Below are positions 41,203 through 53,784 of a stretch of DNA of 64,000 nucleotides, piece after piece. Source of the DNA: a virus (lineage: Duplodnaviria; Caudoviricetes); IMG/VR virus record IMGVR_UViG_3300028832_000114, positions 1-64,000 of that record; one strand, given 5' to 3'. The notes below the pieces were generated by a model. It saw only the letters and a list, made by a program, of their open reading frames with translations, was not told the origin of the DNA and did no database searches. Numbering within the stretch: position 1 is the stretch's first letter; each line of letters opens with the position of its first letter. The translations under genes were made by a program, and so were the position numbers.

Positions 41203-42303
41203 ATGGATGATAAAGAACAATTAGAGCAAATAAAAAATAATTTATCTATTGACCAGATATTTGATTTGCTTATATCTTTAGGTGCGGATCCTGTACTTAA
41301 AGATGATATAATCATGTGCCGTACAATCTGTCATGGCGGTGATAGTCATAAATTATACTATTATGATAACACAAAACTATTCCGCTGTTATACAGAATGT
41401 AGTGATACCTTCGATGTATTTCAACTCGTGGTTAAAGTACAATCGACCGGCGGCCGCACATTCTCATTACCGAAAGCTGTCAACTATATAATTAATTATT
41501 TTAATTTAAGCGTAGAAACTAAAAATTTTCCTGATGATAAGGATAAACTATCTGATTGGCAAATTTTATACAGGTATGGCAAAAATTTAAAAGAAGAGGA
41601 TAGCGAAAGAAAAATTGAGATAAAGTTTTATGATGATAAGATTTTATCATTCTTACCGCGTCCCCGCATTTTACCATGGGAGGCTGAAGGGATTAGTAAG
41701 GAAGTTATGAATTATCATAATATATGTTATAACCCTTCGTCTCAAGCAATAGTAATTCCTCACTATGATGTTGAGGGTAGATTAGTGGGAATCAGAGAAA
41801 GAACTCTTATAAAAGAGAATGAGATCTATGGTAAATATAGACCTATGTATTTGAATAAACAAATGTATAATCACCCGCTAGGATTTAATCTATATAATCT
41901 TAATTATAGTAAAGAAAATATAAAGCAAACTAAAAAAGCAATTATATTTGAAGGTGAAAAAAGTTGTTTATTATTTCCTAGTTATTTTGGACAAGAGAAT
42001 GATATATCTGTGGCTGTATGCGGCAGCTCGTTATCTAGTTATCAAGTTCAACTATTATTAGATTTAGGAATTGAAGAAATGATTATTGCTTTTGATAAAC
42101 AGTTTCAACAACTTGGTGACAAAGAGCATCAAGGTTGGGTTAAAAAATTAAAAGATATTAATAAAAAATATAGTAAATATATAAAAATTAGTTATATTTT
42201 TGACAAAGAAAATCTTTTAGGTTATAAGGATTCTCCTATCGACCGAGGTAAGGAGGTATTCTTAGAATTATTTAATAAAAGATTTAGTTTGGAGGAGGAA
42301 TAA
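41203..42303 (+). CDS. DNA primase (DnaG-like)
   Basis: Zn-binding CH...CYTEC, Toprim FEGEKS, AFD. Confidence 0.85.
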   Translation: MDDKEQLEQIKNNLSIDQIFDLLISLGADPVLKDDIIMCRTICHGGDSHKLYYYDNTKLFRCYTECSDTFDVFQLVVKVQSTGGRTFSLPKAVNYIINYFNLSVETKNFPDDKDKLSDWQILYRYGKNLKEEDSERKIEIKFYDDKILSFLPRPRILPWEAEGISKEVMNYHNICYNPSSQAIVIPHYDVEGRLVGIRERTLIKENEIYGKYRPMYLNKQMYNHPLGFNLYNLNYSKENIKQTKKAIIFEGEKSCLLFPSYFGQENDISVAVCGSSLSSYQVQLLLDLGIEEMIIAFDKQFQQLGDKEHQGWVKKLKDINKKYSKYIKISYIFDKENLLGYKDSPIDRGKEVFLELFNKRFSLEEE

Positions 42304-42307
42304 AAAT

Positions 42308-42517
42308 ATGAACGATAAACTCGAGTTATGAATAAAAACTTGAGACAACCCTACGTTTACGTTCTTTGGTTGAGTAACCGAGGCGGGACAATATTCCGCT
42401 TTAAGTCAGCTTGATGAAAATCAAGTTAAAGAAGCTATTATTATAGCTCGTGGAGCCAACGACCAAATACGTATGGTTAATTATCGAGACTATGAAAACA
42501 AAGGCAAGGTGAGATAA
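42308..42517 (+). CDS. Small hypothetical protein with three TGA(Trp)
   Basis: Exactly fills the gap between primase and RecJ under code 4. Confidence 0.6.
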
Positions 42518-42518
42518 A

Positions 42519-44324
42519 ATGAAATATAAATTAATTAAAGAAGTCGATCCAGCCCTAAGTCCTATTCAGCAAATATTGTTGAATAGGGGTATTAAGTTAA
42601 GTGATATGCATCATTACTTAAATACAACAGACGCAGATATTTTGGACGCGGAGATGCTCGGTTCTGAGAGCATCAAAGCGGCCGCTGCCGCATTAATTTT
42701 AGCGATAAATAATAATTCAAAAACATTAGTATTGGTAGATTGCGATTGCGATGGTTATACATCTGCCGCAATACTTATAAATTACTTATATGATTTATTC
42801 CCTACTTTTGTAACAAATAATTTAAAATATTATTTACACGAAGATAAAACACATGGTTTATCAGATTGTATAGATTATATAGAAAAAAATGATTTTAAAT
42901 TAATTATTATCCCTGATGCTGCAAGTAATGATTATGAGTATCATCACAAACTAAAAGAAGAGGGTCGTACAATTATTATTCTAGACCACCATGAAGCACC
43001 AATGGTATCTAAAGATGCTATTGTGCTTAATAATCAATTATCAAATTATCCAAATAAACAATTATCAGGAGCTGGTGTCGTATGGCAGTTTTGTCGTTAT
43101 TTAGATAAGATACGTGGTGGACATACAGCAGATGAATATATAGATTTAGCCGCATTAGGAAATTGCGGCGACATGATGAGTTTACGCTCAATCGAGACTA
43201 AACATATTATAACCAAGGGTTTCCGCAACGAAAATATAAAGAACCCATTTATATATGGTATGGCTGAAAAGAACGCATACTCATTAGGAAATAAAATAAC
43301 CCCAATAGGTGCAGCATTTTATATAGTTCCTTTTGTTAACTCAATGGTTAGAAGTGGAACTCTTGAAGAAAAAGAAATCTTATTTAAATCAATGCTTAAA
43401 AACGAAGCATTTAAAATGATATTATCTAATAAGCGTGGACATAAATTAGGTGAAGAAGAAAAATTAGTTGACCAAGCGTTAAGAACTGCGACCAATGTAA
43501 AAAGTCGTCAAACAAGAGAACAAGATAAAGGTATGGCTTTAGTAGAAGAGCAGATAGAAAAAAATAATATGATGCAACATAAAGTATTAATTTTCTTATT
43601 AGAACCAGGACAAATTGATCCTAATATTGCGGGATTGATAGCTAATAAAATAATGGCTAAATATCAAAGACCCGTATTAATGCTAACAAAAGTAAAAGTA
43701 TTAAATCAAAATATGATATTAACATCTAATCCACCACAACCTTATTATGATACTTATTACAGGGGTAGTGCGCGTGGATACTCTAAATCAGGAATTGAAA
43801 ATTTTAAAGATATATGTCAAGAAACCGGTTTGGTAGAATACGCAGAAGGACATCAAAATGCTTTTGGTATTAGTATTTTATCATCTTATATTGATAGGTT
43901 TATAGAATTAACAGATGAAGCATTAAAAGATTTACAAAGCGAACCTTTATATTATGTTGATTATATTTTCAAAGGGGTTGATGTTCAACCCAATACAATT
44001 TTAGATATAGCCAATCTAAGTGATATATGGGGACAAGATATGGATGAAAGTTTAATTTGTATTGAAAACTTAAAGGTTGTAAAAGAAAATTTAACTTTGA
44101 TGAGTCCTGATAAAAAGCCAACATTGAAAATAACTTTACCAAATAAGATTAGTTTAATTAAGTTTGGTAGTTCACAAGAAGAATATGATAAATTATTAAC
44201 AGATGGATATATAGAATTAAATGTCGTGGGTAAATGTAATGCAAACGAATGAATGGGAAATATTACACCACAAATACTTATTGAAGATTATGAAGTTATA
44301 GGACAAAGTAAATATAATTTTTAG
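42519..44324 (+). CDS. recJ: RecJ-like DHH ssDNA exonuclease
   Basis: DCDCDG, LDHH, GSARG, GHQNAFG; C-terminal NE[TGA]MG..PQ.LIED. Confidence 0.9.
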
Positions 44325-44376
44325 TTGATAAATATTTAAAAATATAATATAATATAAATGAAAGTGAGGGCAGCAG

Positions 44377-45579
44377 ATGATTCAATTAAACGATAAACAA
44401 CTTGAAGGTTTAAATCTTGCAGTAGCCAGATATAGAGATGGTGAAAAGACTACTATTATATCAGGTTATGCGGGAACTGGAAAGTCAACCTTAGTTAAAT
44501 TTATTATTGCCGCCCTAAATAATGACGGTATTGATCCAGATAAAGATGTTGTATATACATCGTTCACTGGTAAAGCAACTCAAGTATTACAAAAAAAAGG
44601 AAATAAAAATGTTAGTACATTGCACAAACTATTATATGAGTATTTTCCTAGAGCAGATGGCACATTCTTTAGGAAACCAGTATTAGATATACCATATAAA
44701 ATTGTTATTGTAGATGAATGTAGTATGGTGCCTAAAGAATTATTAATGCAACTTGCAAAATATAAAGTTCATATAATTTGTTTAGGAGATCCAGGCCAAT
44801 TGCCGCCAATAAATAAAGATGAAGATAATCATTTACTTGACAATCCACACGTATTTCTAAATGAGATTATGCGTCAAGAAGAACAAAGTGAAATAATAAA
44901 ACTTACTATGGATGTCAGAGCAGGAAAACCTTTAAATCATTTTATTGGAAAAGAAGTTCAAATATTAGATAAAGATGAGCTTACAACAGGTATGTTAATG
45001 TGGGCAGACCAAATTATTTGTTCTACCAATGCAACAAGAATAGCATTAAATAAACAAATGAGGGCTTTATTAGGTCGCTGTGATAATCCTGAAGATGGAG
45101 ATAAAGTAATTTGTCTTCGTAATTATTGAGATATATTAAGCGAAGATAAATCACCACTTGTAAATGGAACAATTGGAACATTAAAAAATAGTTTTGAAAG
45201 TTTCTTTAAATTACCTGGATATATTACAAATTATAGAATATCACAGATACCAACTGTTCTTGCAACTTTTGCATCAGATGATGGTATAACTACATTTAAT
45301 AATTTAACAATGGATAAAAAAATGATTTTAGAGGGTGAACCAACATTAACTTCTAAAGAAAATTTTAAATTAAGTAAAAATAAAAAATATGTAAATAGTA
45401 TTCCATTAAGTTTTACTTATGGATATGCCATTACTTGCCACAAAGCACAAGGTAGTGAATGGGATAATGTACTTGTTATTGAAGAAGGCTTTCCTTTTGA
45501 TAAACAAGAACATATTAAATGATTATATACAGCCGCAACTAGGGCTGCTAAAAAACTAGTTATAATAAGAAAGATATAG
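44377..45579 (+). CDS. RecD/Dda-like SF1B helicase (two TGA)
   Basis: GYAGTGKS, VDECSM, GDPGQL, HKAQGSEW, [TGA]LYTAATRA. Confidence 0.9.
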
Positions 45580-45591
45580 GAGGAATAATTA

Positions 45592-45882
45592 ATGAATAAT
45601 AAGTATACAGTGCAAGGAGTTATGAATGACAGATGAGTTATTTGGTATAAAGATTTAAAGAAAAAAGGTAATAAAATAGGTGTTTATAAAATAATTGATT
45701 TAAATGATGGCAAAAAGACAGCAAGATTTGCAGTAAGATATAAACCAAGAGAGAATCAAACTCAAGAAGTTTCAGATTCATTAATTATATCTAACTGTAT
45801 TGCAAATTTTTATAAACATTCTTACACAAATCCAAGAGTAAGATCTAGGGGCGGAAGACGCAGTTCATTCGTTTCAGGATAG
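45592..45882 (+). CDS. Small basic hypothetical protein (one TGA)
   Basis: AGGAGG SD; frame open under code 4. Confidence 0.55.
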
Positions 45883-45890
45883 GCGGCCGC

Positions 45891-46358
45891 ATGAAACTTA
45901 GGTTATCTTACTTTTATCAAATAAGAAATTTTAAACCTAATATGATACCAATGTCAACTGCAATGTCAGATCCAGCCTGGTATCATGATTTTAAAGACTC
46001 AACTCATATCTTCACAGATAAACGAGGAATATTAAATGGACTTAGGTTACTCCCTATTATAGTTCAAAATGCAAATGGTGAAGTTCACTGTCCATGCGAA
46101 CATAGAGATGCAACTAGATGTCCACTAGCTCATGATTATGAGGCGGCTCTTGAAAAAGTAGACCTCCCTAAATTAATGAAAGGCGTAAAATCATTTTGTG
46201 ATGATTACTGCCAACAAAATAAAATTAAAGAAGAGCCTATTGCAGTATTAATGGTATATGAAGCACCTAATAATCCTTGCAGTGAAAGATATAGTTTATT
46301 AAAATATTTTAATTCACACGGAATTGAATGTAAAGAACTAGACTACCCTATAGAGTAG
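45891..46358 (+). CDS. Hypothetical protein (DUF488-like)
   Basis: SYF start, YE.P...CSER motif. Confidence 0.55.
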   Translation: MKLRLSYFYQIRNFKPNMIPMSTAMSDPAWYHDFKDSTHIFTDKRGILNGLRLLPIIVQNANGEVHCPCEHRDATRCPLAHDYEAALEKVDLPKLMKGVKSFCDDYCQQNKIKEEPIAVLMVYEAPNNPCSERYSLLKYFNSHGIECKELDYPIE

Positions 46359-46406
46359 TCTATTTGATTTTTATTTAATTTTTTAGTATAATATAAATAT
46401 ATAGGT

Positions 46407-49400
46407 ATGAAAGGAAGGGAAGATATGAGTAATAGATTTGAAGTTCATAGTCATACAATGTATAGTAATTTAAGACTTTTAGATAGTATTAACCGTCCGA
46501 AAGATTTAATTAATAAAGCAATTGAATTAGGATTAGCTGGTATAGCAATCACAGATCATGAGTGTATAAGTTCTCATCCTGAAATAAATTTTTATCAAAC
46601 AGAAGTTCAAAAAGAACATCCTGATTTTAAAATAGCATTAGGAAATGAAATATATTTAACTGACACAAGAGATAGTGGTCAAAGATATTATCACTTTATT
46701 TTAATAGCAAAAAATAAAATAGGTCATCGCGCATTAAGAGAATTATCTTCAAGAGCGTGGATGAATAGTTATTGGAATCGAGGTCTTGAACGTGTTCCAA
46801 CATTAAAAGATGATTTAGAAGAAATATTAAAAAAGTATCCGAATAGTTTAATTGGAACAACAGCATGTTTAGGTGGGGAATTAAGTATTAATACATTAGA
46901 ATTAATAAAATGTGAAAAAACTAATGATAAAGATGGTGCGGCAGTTGCACATAATAATATAGTAAAATTTTTGTTATGGTGCAAAAATGTATTTGGAGAT
47001 AATAATTTTTATATTGAATGTGCTCCTGGTACAAGTCGTGAACAAATCTTAGTTAATAAAAGATTTCCCGCAATTGCAAAAGCATTTGGATTAAAAATGG
47101 TTATTGGAACAGATGCACATTATCTTAAAAAAGAAGATAGATATGTTCATAAAGCATATCTTAATAGTAAGTTTGGAGAGCGTGAAGTAGATGAGTTCTA
47201 TGAATTTGCATATCTTCAAAATAACGAAGAAATAATAGAACATTTAAAAGCATCTGATTTTAGTAATGAATTTATAGATGAAATGTTTCAAAATAGTTAT
47301 GAAATATATGCAAAGATAGAAAATTATAATTTAGCTCATGCGCAAACAATCCCTCATGTTGAAGTAGAAGATTATCCTATTATAGAGATTGAATCAGAAG
47401 AATTTTTAGATAAGTATCCAGTTTTATCTGATATGTTTCAATCAAATGATCAAATAGAAAGATATTGGGTAAACAAATGTTCAAATAAATTAAGAAAATT
47501 GGGTTTAAGAAATGAAACTTATCTAAGTAGATTAGAAGAAGAGGCGGATATTAAAAGAACAATTAGTGAAAAATTAGGAACTAATATGTTTGCATATCCA
47601 GTTACACTTCAACATTATGTAGATTTATTTTGGAATTGTGGAAGTATAGTAGGAGCTGGTCGTGGTTCAAGTTGTTCAGGTTTAAATCATTATTTATTAG
47701 GTATAACTCAACTTGATCCGATACAATGGAATCTTCCATTCTGGAGATATTTAAATAAAGAGCGTGTTGAGTTAGGTGATATAGATTTAGATTTATGTCC
47801 AAGTAAGCGTCCTAAGATTTTAAATGAAATTAAAAAAGAAAGAGGACAAAATTTTAAGGCGGAAATAGATGATTTAAGTAGAAAGAATCTTGGTTGTACA
47901 TTAATAGCAACATTTGGTACAGAGGGTACAAGATCAACAATATTAACTGCATGTCGTGGTTATAGGAATGAAGAGTATCCAGATGGTATAGATGTTGATA
48001 CAGCACAATATTTATCATCATTAATCCCAAGTGAACGTGGGTTCTTATGGCCGCTTAATGATGTTATTAATGGTGATGAAGAAAAAGGTAGAAAGCCAAT
48101 TAAAACATTTATAAATGAAGTAAATATGTTTCCTGGATTATTAGATATAATGTCTGGTATTGAAGGTTTAGTAAATAAAAGAAGTAGTCATGCTTCAGGA
48201 GTTATCTTATTTGATGAAGATCCATATGAGTTTGGTGCATTTATGAGAACTCCAAAAGGAGAAATTATCACAGCGTATGATTTGCATATGTGTGAAGCAT
48301 GTGGTATGACGAAATATGACTTCTTAGTAACAGAAGTTCAAGATAAATTAACAGAAGCAATTAAAATGTTGCAAGATTATGGAGAAATTGAAAGTGATTT
48401 AACATTAAGAGAAGTATATGATAAATATTTTCACCCAAATGTTCTTCCTATTGAAGATAATAAATATTGGAAAGTATTGCAAGATAATAGTGTTTTAAAT
48501 ATCTTTCAGTTTGATAGTGATGTTGGAGGTCAAGCCGCAAAAAAGATTAAGCCAACAAATATAATGGAAATGGCGGATGCAAATGGTTTGATGAGATTAA
48601 TGACTGCGGAAAAAGGTCAAGAAACTCCAATGGAAAAATATATAAGATTTAAGAATAATATAAATTTATGGTATAGAGAAATGGACTCATATGGTCTAAC
48701 AAAAGAAGAACAAAAAGTATTAGAGCCATATTTTAAGAGTTCACATGGTGTTCCTCCAAGCCAAGAGCAGTTAATGAGAATGTTAATGGATGAAAAGATT
48801 TGTAACTTTACTCTTGCGGAAGCGAATGCCGCACGTAAGATAGTTGGTAAGAAACAAATGAATAAGATCCCCGCATTAAGACAACAGGTATTAGATCAAG
48901 CGTCAAGTCCATGTATGGGTAATTATATATGGAAGTGTGGTGTTGGTCCGCAGATGGGATATTCATTTAGTATCATTCACGCGTTAGCATATAGTTTCAT
49001 TGGTTTTCAAACAATGTATATAGCGACAAGATGGAATCCGATATATTGGAACACAGCGTGTTTAATAGTTAATAGCGGAAGTCTTGAAGAAGATAGTGAT
49101 TTTGAAGAAGACGAGGATGGATATATAGTTGAGAAAAAAGAAAAATCAACAGATTATAGTAAAATAGCAAAAGCGTTAGGAGATATAATTAATAAAGGAA
49201 TTAAAGTTAGTTTAGTTGATATAAATAGGTCAGATTATAGTTTTCAACCAGATGTAGATAATAATGAAATATTATTTGGTATGAAAGCATTAAATAATGT
49301 TGGCGGTCCGATTATTGAACAAATAAAAGCAAGTCGTCCTTATGCGGGAATCGCAGATTTTATGGCAAAGTGTCCGTTGAATAAGAGTGCAATGATTAGT

Positions 49401-50378
49401 TTAATTAAGGCGGGTGCATTTGATAAAGTAGATAGAGATAATGCGGCGGCCGCAGGTGTAGAACCACGAATCTGGACAATGGTATATTATTTAAGTAAGG
49501 TTTGTGAAGCAAAGAAAAGATTAACCTTACAAAACTTTAATGGTCTATTGCAACACGAACTTATTCCTCAAGAATTAGATTTTCAAAAAAGAACTTTTGT
49601 ATTTAATAAATATTTAAAAGCAAATCAAAAAGTTGGAAAATATTATGTATTTAATCCATCTTGCGAAGAGTTTTATAATAAGTTTTTTGATGCTGACCAG
49701 TTAGAAGTAATAAATGGTTTAACTTGTATTCTTCAAACAAGATGGGATAAGATTTATCAAGATGTTATGGCGGAAGCCCGCACATGGTTACAAGAACATC
49801 AAGAAGAAATGTTAAAGAAATTTAATATGATATTATTTAAAGAATATTGGGATAAATATGCACAAGGAAATATTTCTGCGTGGGAAATGGAATCATTATG
49901 TTTCTATTATCATGAACACGAGTTAGCACATGTTAATACATATAAATATGGAATTGCAAATTTCTTTGATTTGCCAACAGAACCTCCTATTGATTCAATG
50001 TTTAAGAGAAATGGTAAAGACATTCCAATCTATCAAACATTTAAAATAATAGGAACAGTAATTAATAAAAATGATGTAAAAAGTTCAATCACAATATTAA
50101 CGACAAAAGGTATCGTAACTGTCAAATTTACAAAAGAATATTATGCAATGTATAATCGTCAGTTAAGCGAAATCCAAGAAGATGGAACAAAAAAGATAAC
50201 TGAAAAAGGTTGGTTCACAAGAGGAACAAAAGTTATGATAACTGGGTTTAGAAGAGATGATATGTTTGTTGCAAAAAGTTATACAAAAACACAAACACAT
50301 CAATTATATAAAATATTAGAAGTAGATGGCGGCAATATGAAACTCGAACATGAAAGAAAAACAGCCGCAGAAGAATAG
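46407..50378 (+). CDS. dnaE: DNA polymerase III alpha subunit
   Basis: PHP HSHT..S/TDH, GRGS, DIDLD, HASG, OB fold. Confidence 0.95.
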   Translation: MKGREDMSNRFEVHSHTMYSNLRLLDSINRPKDLINKAIELGLAGIAITDHECISSHPEINFYQTEVQKEHPDFKIALGNEIYLTDTRDSGQRYYHFILIAKNKIGHRALRELSSRAWMNSYWNRGLERVPTLKDDLEEILKKYPNSLIGTTACLGGELSINTLELIKCEKTNDKDGAAVAHNNIVKFLLWCKNVFGDNNFYIECAPGTSREQILVNKRFPAIAKAFGLKMVIGTDAHYLKKEDRYVHKAYLNSKFGEREVDEFYEFAYLQNNEEIIEHLKASDFSNEFIDEMFQNSYEIYAKIENYNLAHAQTIPHVEVEDYPIIEIESEEFLDKYPVLSDMFQSNDQIERYWVNKCSNKLRKLGLRNETYLSRLEEEADIKRTISEKLGTNMFAYPVTLQHYVDLFWNCGSIVGAGRGSSCSGLNHYLLGITQLDPIQWNLPFWRYLNKERVELGDIDLDLCPSKRPKILNEIKKERGQNFKAEIDDLSRKNLGCTLIATFGTEGTRSTILTACRGYRNEEYPDGIDVDTAQYLSSLIPSERGFLWPLNDVINGDEEKGRKPIKTFINEVNMFPGLLDIMSGIEGLVNKRSSHASGVILFDEDPYEFGAFMRTPKGEIITAYDLHMCEACGMTKYDFLVTEVQDKLTEAIKMLQDYGEIESDLTLREVYDKYFHPNVLPIEDNKYWKVLQDNSVLNIFQFDSDVGGQAAKKIKPTNIMEMADANGLMRLMTAEKGQETPMEKYIRFKNNINLWYREMDSYGLTKEEQKVLEPYFKSSHGVPPSQEQLMRMLMDEKICNFTLAEANAARKIVGKKQMNKIPALRQQVLDQASSPCMGNYIWKCGVGPQMGYSFSIIHALAYSFIGFQTMYIATRWNPIYWNTACLIVNSGSLEEDSDFEEDEDGYIVEKKEKSTDYSKIAKALGDIINKGIKVSLVDINRSDYSFQPDVDNNEILFGMKALNNVGGPIIEQIKASRPYAGIADFMAKCPLNKSAMISLIKAGAFDKVDRDNAAAAGVEPRIWTMVYYLSKVCEAKKRLTLQNFNGLLQHELIPQELDFQKRTFVFNKYLKANQKVGKYYVFNPSCEEFYNKFFDADQLEVINGLTCILQTRWDKIYQDVMAEARTWLQEHQEEMLKKFNMILFKEYWDKYAQGNISAWEMESLCFYYHEHELAHVNTYKYGIANFFDLPTEPPIDSMFKRNGKDIPIYQTFKIIGTVINKNDVKSSITILTTKGIVTVKFTKEYYAMYNRQLSEIQEDGTKKITEKGWFTRGTKVMITGFRRDDMFVAKSYTKTQTHQLYKILEVDGGNMKLEHERKTAAEE

Positions 50379-50386
50379 GAGAATAT

Positions 50387-50740
50387 ATGAAAAAAATAAT
50401 TGAACATGGTTTTATGAGTTATATGGAAACTACCTGTCCATACTGCGGTTGTAAGTTTTCATTTGAATGGGAAGATGTAATTAGCCCAACATGAGGTCCT
50501 ACTTGAAGATATGATAATACAAATATTACAGTTAGTGGTTGTTGTATTACTACAGGAACGGCTCAAAATTATGAAATTTTCTGCCCTGAATGCAAAAGAA
50601 AATTTCCTATTTTAAACTGGTCTTTCTCATATCCTAGAGGTAATTGTCCTTTTACTTATAGTGGAGAATGGAAAAATACATCTGTAACAAAATGTGACAC
50701 AGAATGTACGTGTCATAAGTGTTCAGACAAAAATGATTAA
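50387..50740 (+). CDS. Cys-rich Zn-ribbon protein (two TGA)
   Basis: CPYCGC...CPEC. Confidence 0.6.
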
Positions 50741-50814
50741 TCATATTAAGCAAAAATTAAAATTGTCATAGAGGTTAAAATCCTTGAAATAATTTAAATA
50801 CTAAGGAGGAGACT

Positions 50815-53070
50815 ATGAAAGTCATTAAACGTGATGGTCGCTTGGTTGTTTTTGACCCAGCGAAAATCGAGAGAGCTATTCTCGCAGCATTCGAGGATGT
50901 AGATGGTGAAATATCTGACTACGCTAAAGATAAAGCTGAAAATATAGCAAGTTATATTGAAGGATATTATTTAGATGTTGATGAAACACCTAATATTGAA
51001 GATATCCAAGACCTAGTAGAAAAAGGTCTAATGGCAACAAAAAGAAAAGATGTTGCAAAAGCCTATATTTTATATAGGGAAGAAAGAAATAAAATTAGAA
51101 ATTCCAATAGCCAATTAATGAAGGCTATTAAGGAAAAGATTGAAGCATCAGATGTTCAAAATCAAAATGCTAATATTGATGAATATTCTTTCGGCGGCCG
51201 TATGGGTGAAGCCCGCAGTGAGTTAATGAAAGATTATGCATTAAATTATTTAGTATCTGATATGGCAAGAGAAAATCATTTAAATAATGAAATTTATATT
51301 CATGATTTAGATGCTTATGCTGTTGGTATGCATAACTGTTTAACCATTCCTTTTGATAAACTATTAGCAGAAGGATTTAACACAAGACAAACAGATGTTA
51401 GACCAGCTCGTTCAATTAACACAGCATTTCAATTAGTTGCAGTTTTATTTCAATTACAATCACTTCAACAATTTGGAGGAGTTAGCGCAAGTCATTTAGA
51501 TTGAACTATGGTTCCATATGTTCGTATGTCATTTAGAAAACATTGGATTAATGGTGTAAAATATATTGAAGATAAAGTTAATGAAATTCCTGTTCAATAT
51601 TTACCAGAAGAAACATCTATTGAAGATGAAGATTATCAAATGTTTCCAAGAGCATATCAATATGCAATGGATATGACAACAAAAGAACTTATGCAAGCTG
51701 TTCAAGGTATGTATCATAATCTAAATACACTACAATCTAGAAGTGGAAATCAATTACCTTTTACTTCTATTAACTATGGTACTTGTACTTTACCTGAAGG
51801 TAGAATGGTTACAAAAGCATTATTAGAAGGCTCTATTGAAGGTGTAGGAAAAGTTAGAAAAACTCCTATATTCCCATGCGGTATATTCCAATGTATGAAA
51901 GGTGTTAATCGTAAACCTGGAGACCCTAACTATGATTTATTTAAGTTAGCATTAAAATCAACAGCTCAAAGATTATATCCTAATTATGTTAATATAGATT
52001 GGTCTACTAACGCGGGATATGATATTAACGATCCTAAAACATATGTTTCAACTATGGGTTGTAGAACTTATAATGGTGCGGATATTAATGCTGAACCTGG
52101 CACAAATCCTCAAACTAAGGACGGCCGCGGCAATATATGTCCAGTTACTATTGTAATGCCAACATTAGCTATGGAAGCTAAAGAAGAAGCTGAAAGATTT
52201 AGAGAGGGAGCAGATGTATATTTTGATAAAATTGAATTATTTATGACGCTATTAGATAAAAAAATCCATGAAGCTAGAGATATGTTAGTTGAAAGATATA
52301 AATGGATTATTAGTCAAAATCCTGAATCTGCAAAATTTATGTATGAAAATGGATTAATGCTTGGCTATGATGGTAAGACAGTTGAAAGTGCTATGAAACA
52401 TGGAACTCTTGTAATAGGTCAAATTGGTATGGCTGAAACATTACAAATTTTAATTGGTTGCGACCATACAGAACCTAGAGGAATGGAATTAGCAAAAAGA
52501 ATTGAACAATTATTTAAAGATAGATGTGCTGAATTTAAAAAAGAATTACACTTAAATATTGGTGTTTATTATACACCTGCTGAAAATATGTGTTATACAT
52601 CTATGAAAAAATTTAGAAAAAAATATGGAATTATTCCTAATGTAAGTGATAGAGATTATTTCACAAATAGTATTCATGTTCCTGTATGGAAAGAAATGAG
52701 TCCATTTGAAAAAATTGATATTGAAAGTCAATTAACTGGATATAGTAATGCAGGATGTATTACTTATGTAGAATTAGAGGGCGGAGTTAAAAATAATTTA
52801 GACGCTCTTGAAACTATTGTTAACTATGCTATGGATAAAGATATTCCATATTTCGCAATAAATGTTCCAAATGATATATGTTTAGATTGTGGCTATACTG
52901 ATGAATTCAATGATAAATGTCCAATGTGCGGAAGCACGCATATTCAACAACTTAGACGTGTTACTGGATATTTAACAGGAGATTATAAAACAGCATTTAA
53001 TAAAGGTAAACAACAAGAAACTGAACAAAGATATAAACATAGTAAAAAATTGGAGAACTGGCATGATTAG
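50815..53070 (+). CDS. nrdD: Anaerobic ribonucleoside-triphosphate reductase (TGA=Trp at 51502-51504)
   Basis: ATP cone VIKRDG, MGCRT, RRVTGYL. Confidence 0.95.
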
Positions 53071-53560
53071 AATTGCTGGGTTAAATGGAAATGATTTTGT
53101 CAATGGAGAAGGTGTAAGCGTTAGCTTATTCCTTCAAGGTTGTCATTTTCATTGTAAAGGATGTCATAATCCTGAAACTTGGAATCCTGAAGGCGGAATT
53201 GAAGTTGATGAAGGAGATTTAATTCAACAAATTTTAACATTAATAAATGCTAATAATATTACTCGTAATCTTAGTATCTTAGGTGGAGAACCACTTGATA
53301 CCGAACAAAAAAGATATTTTTTAAGAGAATTAATAATACGAGTAAGATATTATTATCCAGAAATTAAAATTGTGCTTTGGACAGGATATAAATATAATGA
53401 TATAAAAGATAAAGAAGATTTTAAATATATATTAGAAAATATAGATTATTTGATTGAAGGCCCTTTTATATTAGAGGAACGCGACATAACGCTTAAATGG
53501 CGCGGCAGCCGCAATCAAAATATAAGAAATATGAAAACAGGAGAAAACATCAATGATTAA
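53063..53560 (+). CDS. nrdG: NrdD activating radical-SAM enzyme
   Basis: CHFHCKGC, GGEPL, RGSRNQ. Confidence 0.95.
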   Translation: MIRIAGLNGNDFVNGEGVSVSLFLQGCHFHCKGCHNPETWNPEGGIEVDEGDLIQQILTLINANNITRNLSILGGEPLDTEQKRYFLRELIIRVRYYYPEIKIVLWTGYKYNDIKDKEDFKYILENIDYLIEGPFILEERDITLKWRGSRNQNIRNMKTGENIND

Positions 53561-53718
53561 TTTTTTAAAAATATTTTTTCCAGCTCTTATGGTAACTGGA
53601 GCAGTTGGTAGCTGCGTTGTAAATCTTGTTACAGATAAATCTAATTGGCCTGTAACATTGCAATGGTTTGGAGCTGCATTGCTATATACAGCATTATTAT
53701 TTAGAAACAAATAAAAGG

Positions 53719-53765
53719 TAAGGAGGTAAGTTATAATTTATTAAAATAGCTTACCTCCTTTTTCT
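53719..53765 (+). terminator. Intrinsic terminator
   Basis: AAGGAGGTAAG...CTTACCTCCTT then T run. Confidence 0.65.
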
Positions 53766-53784
53766 TATTTTTCAGGGGGTAATC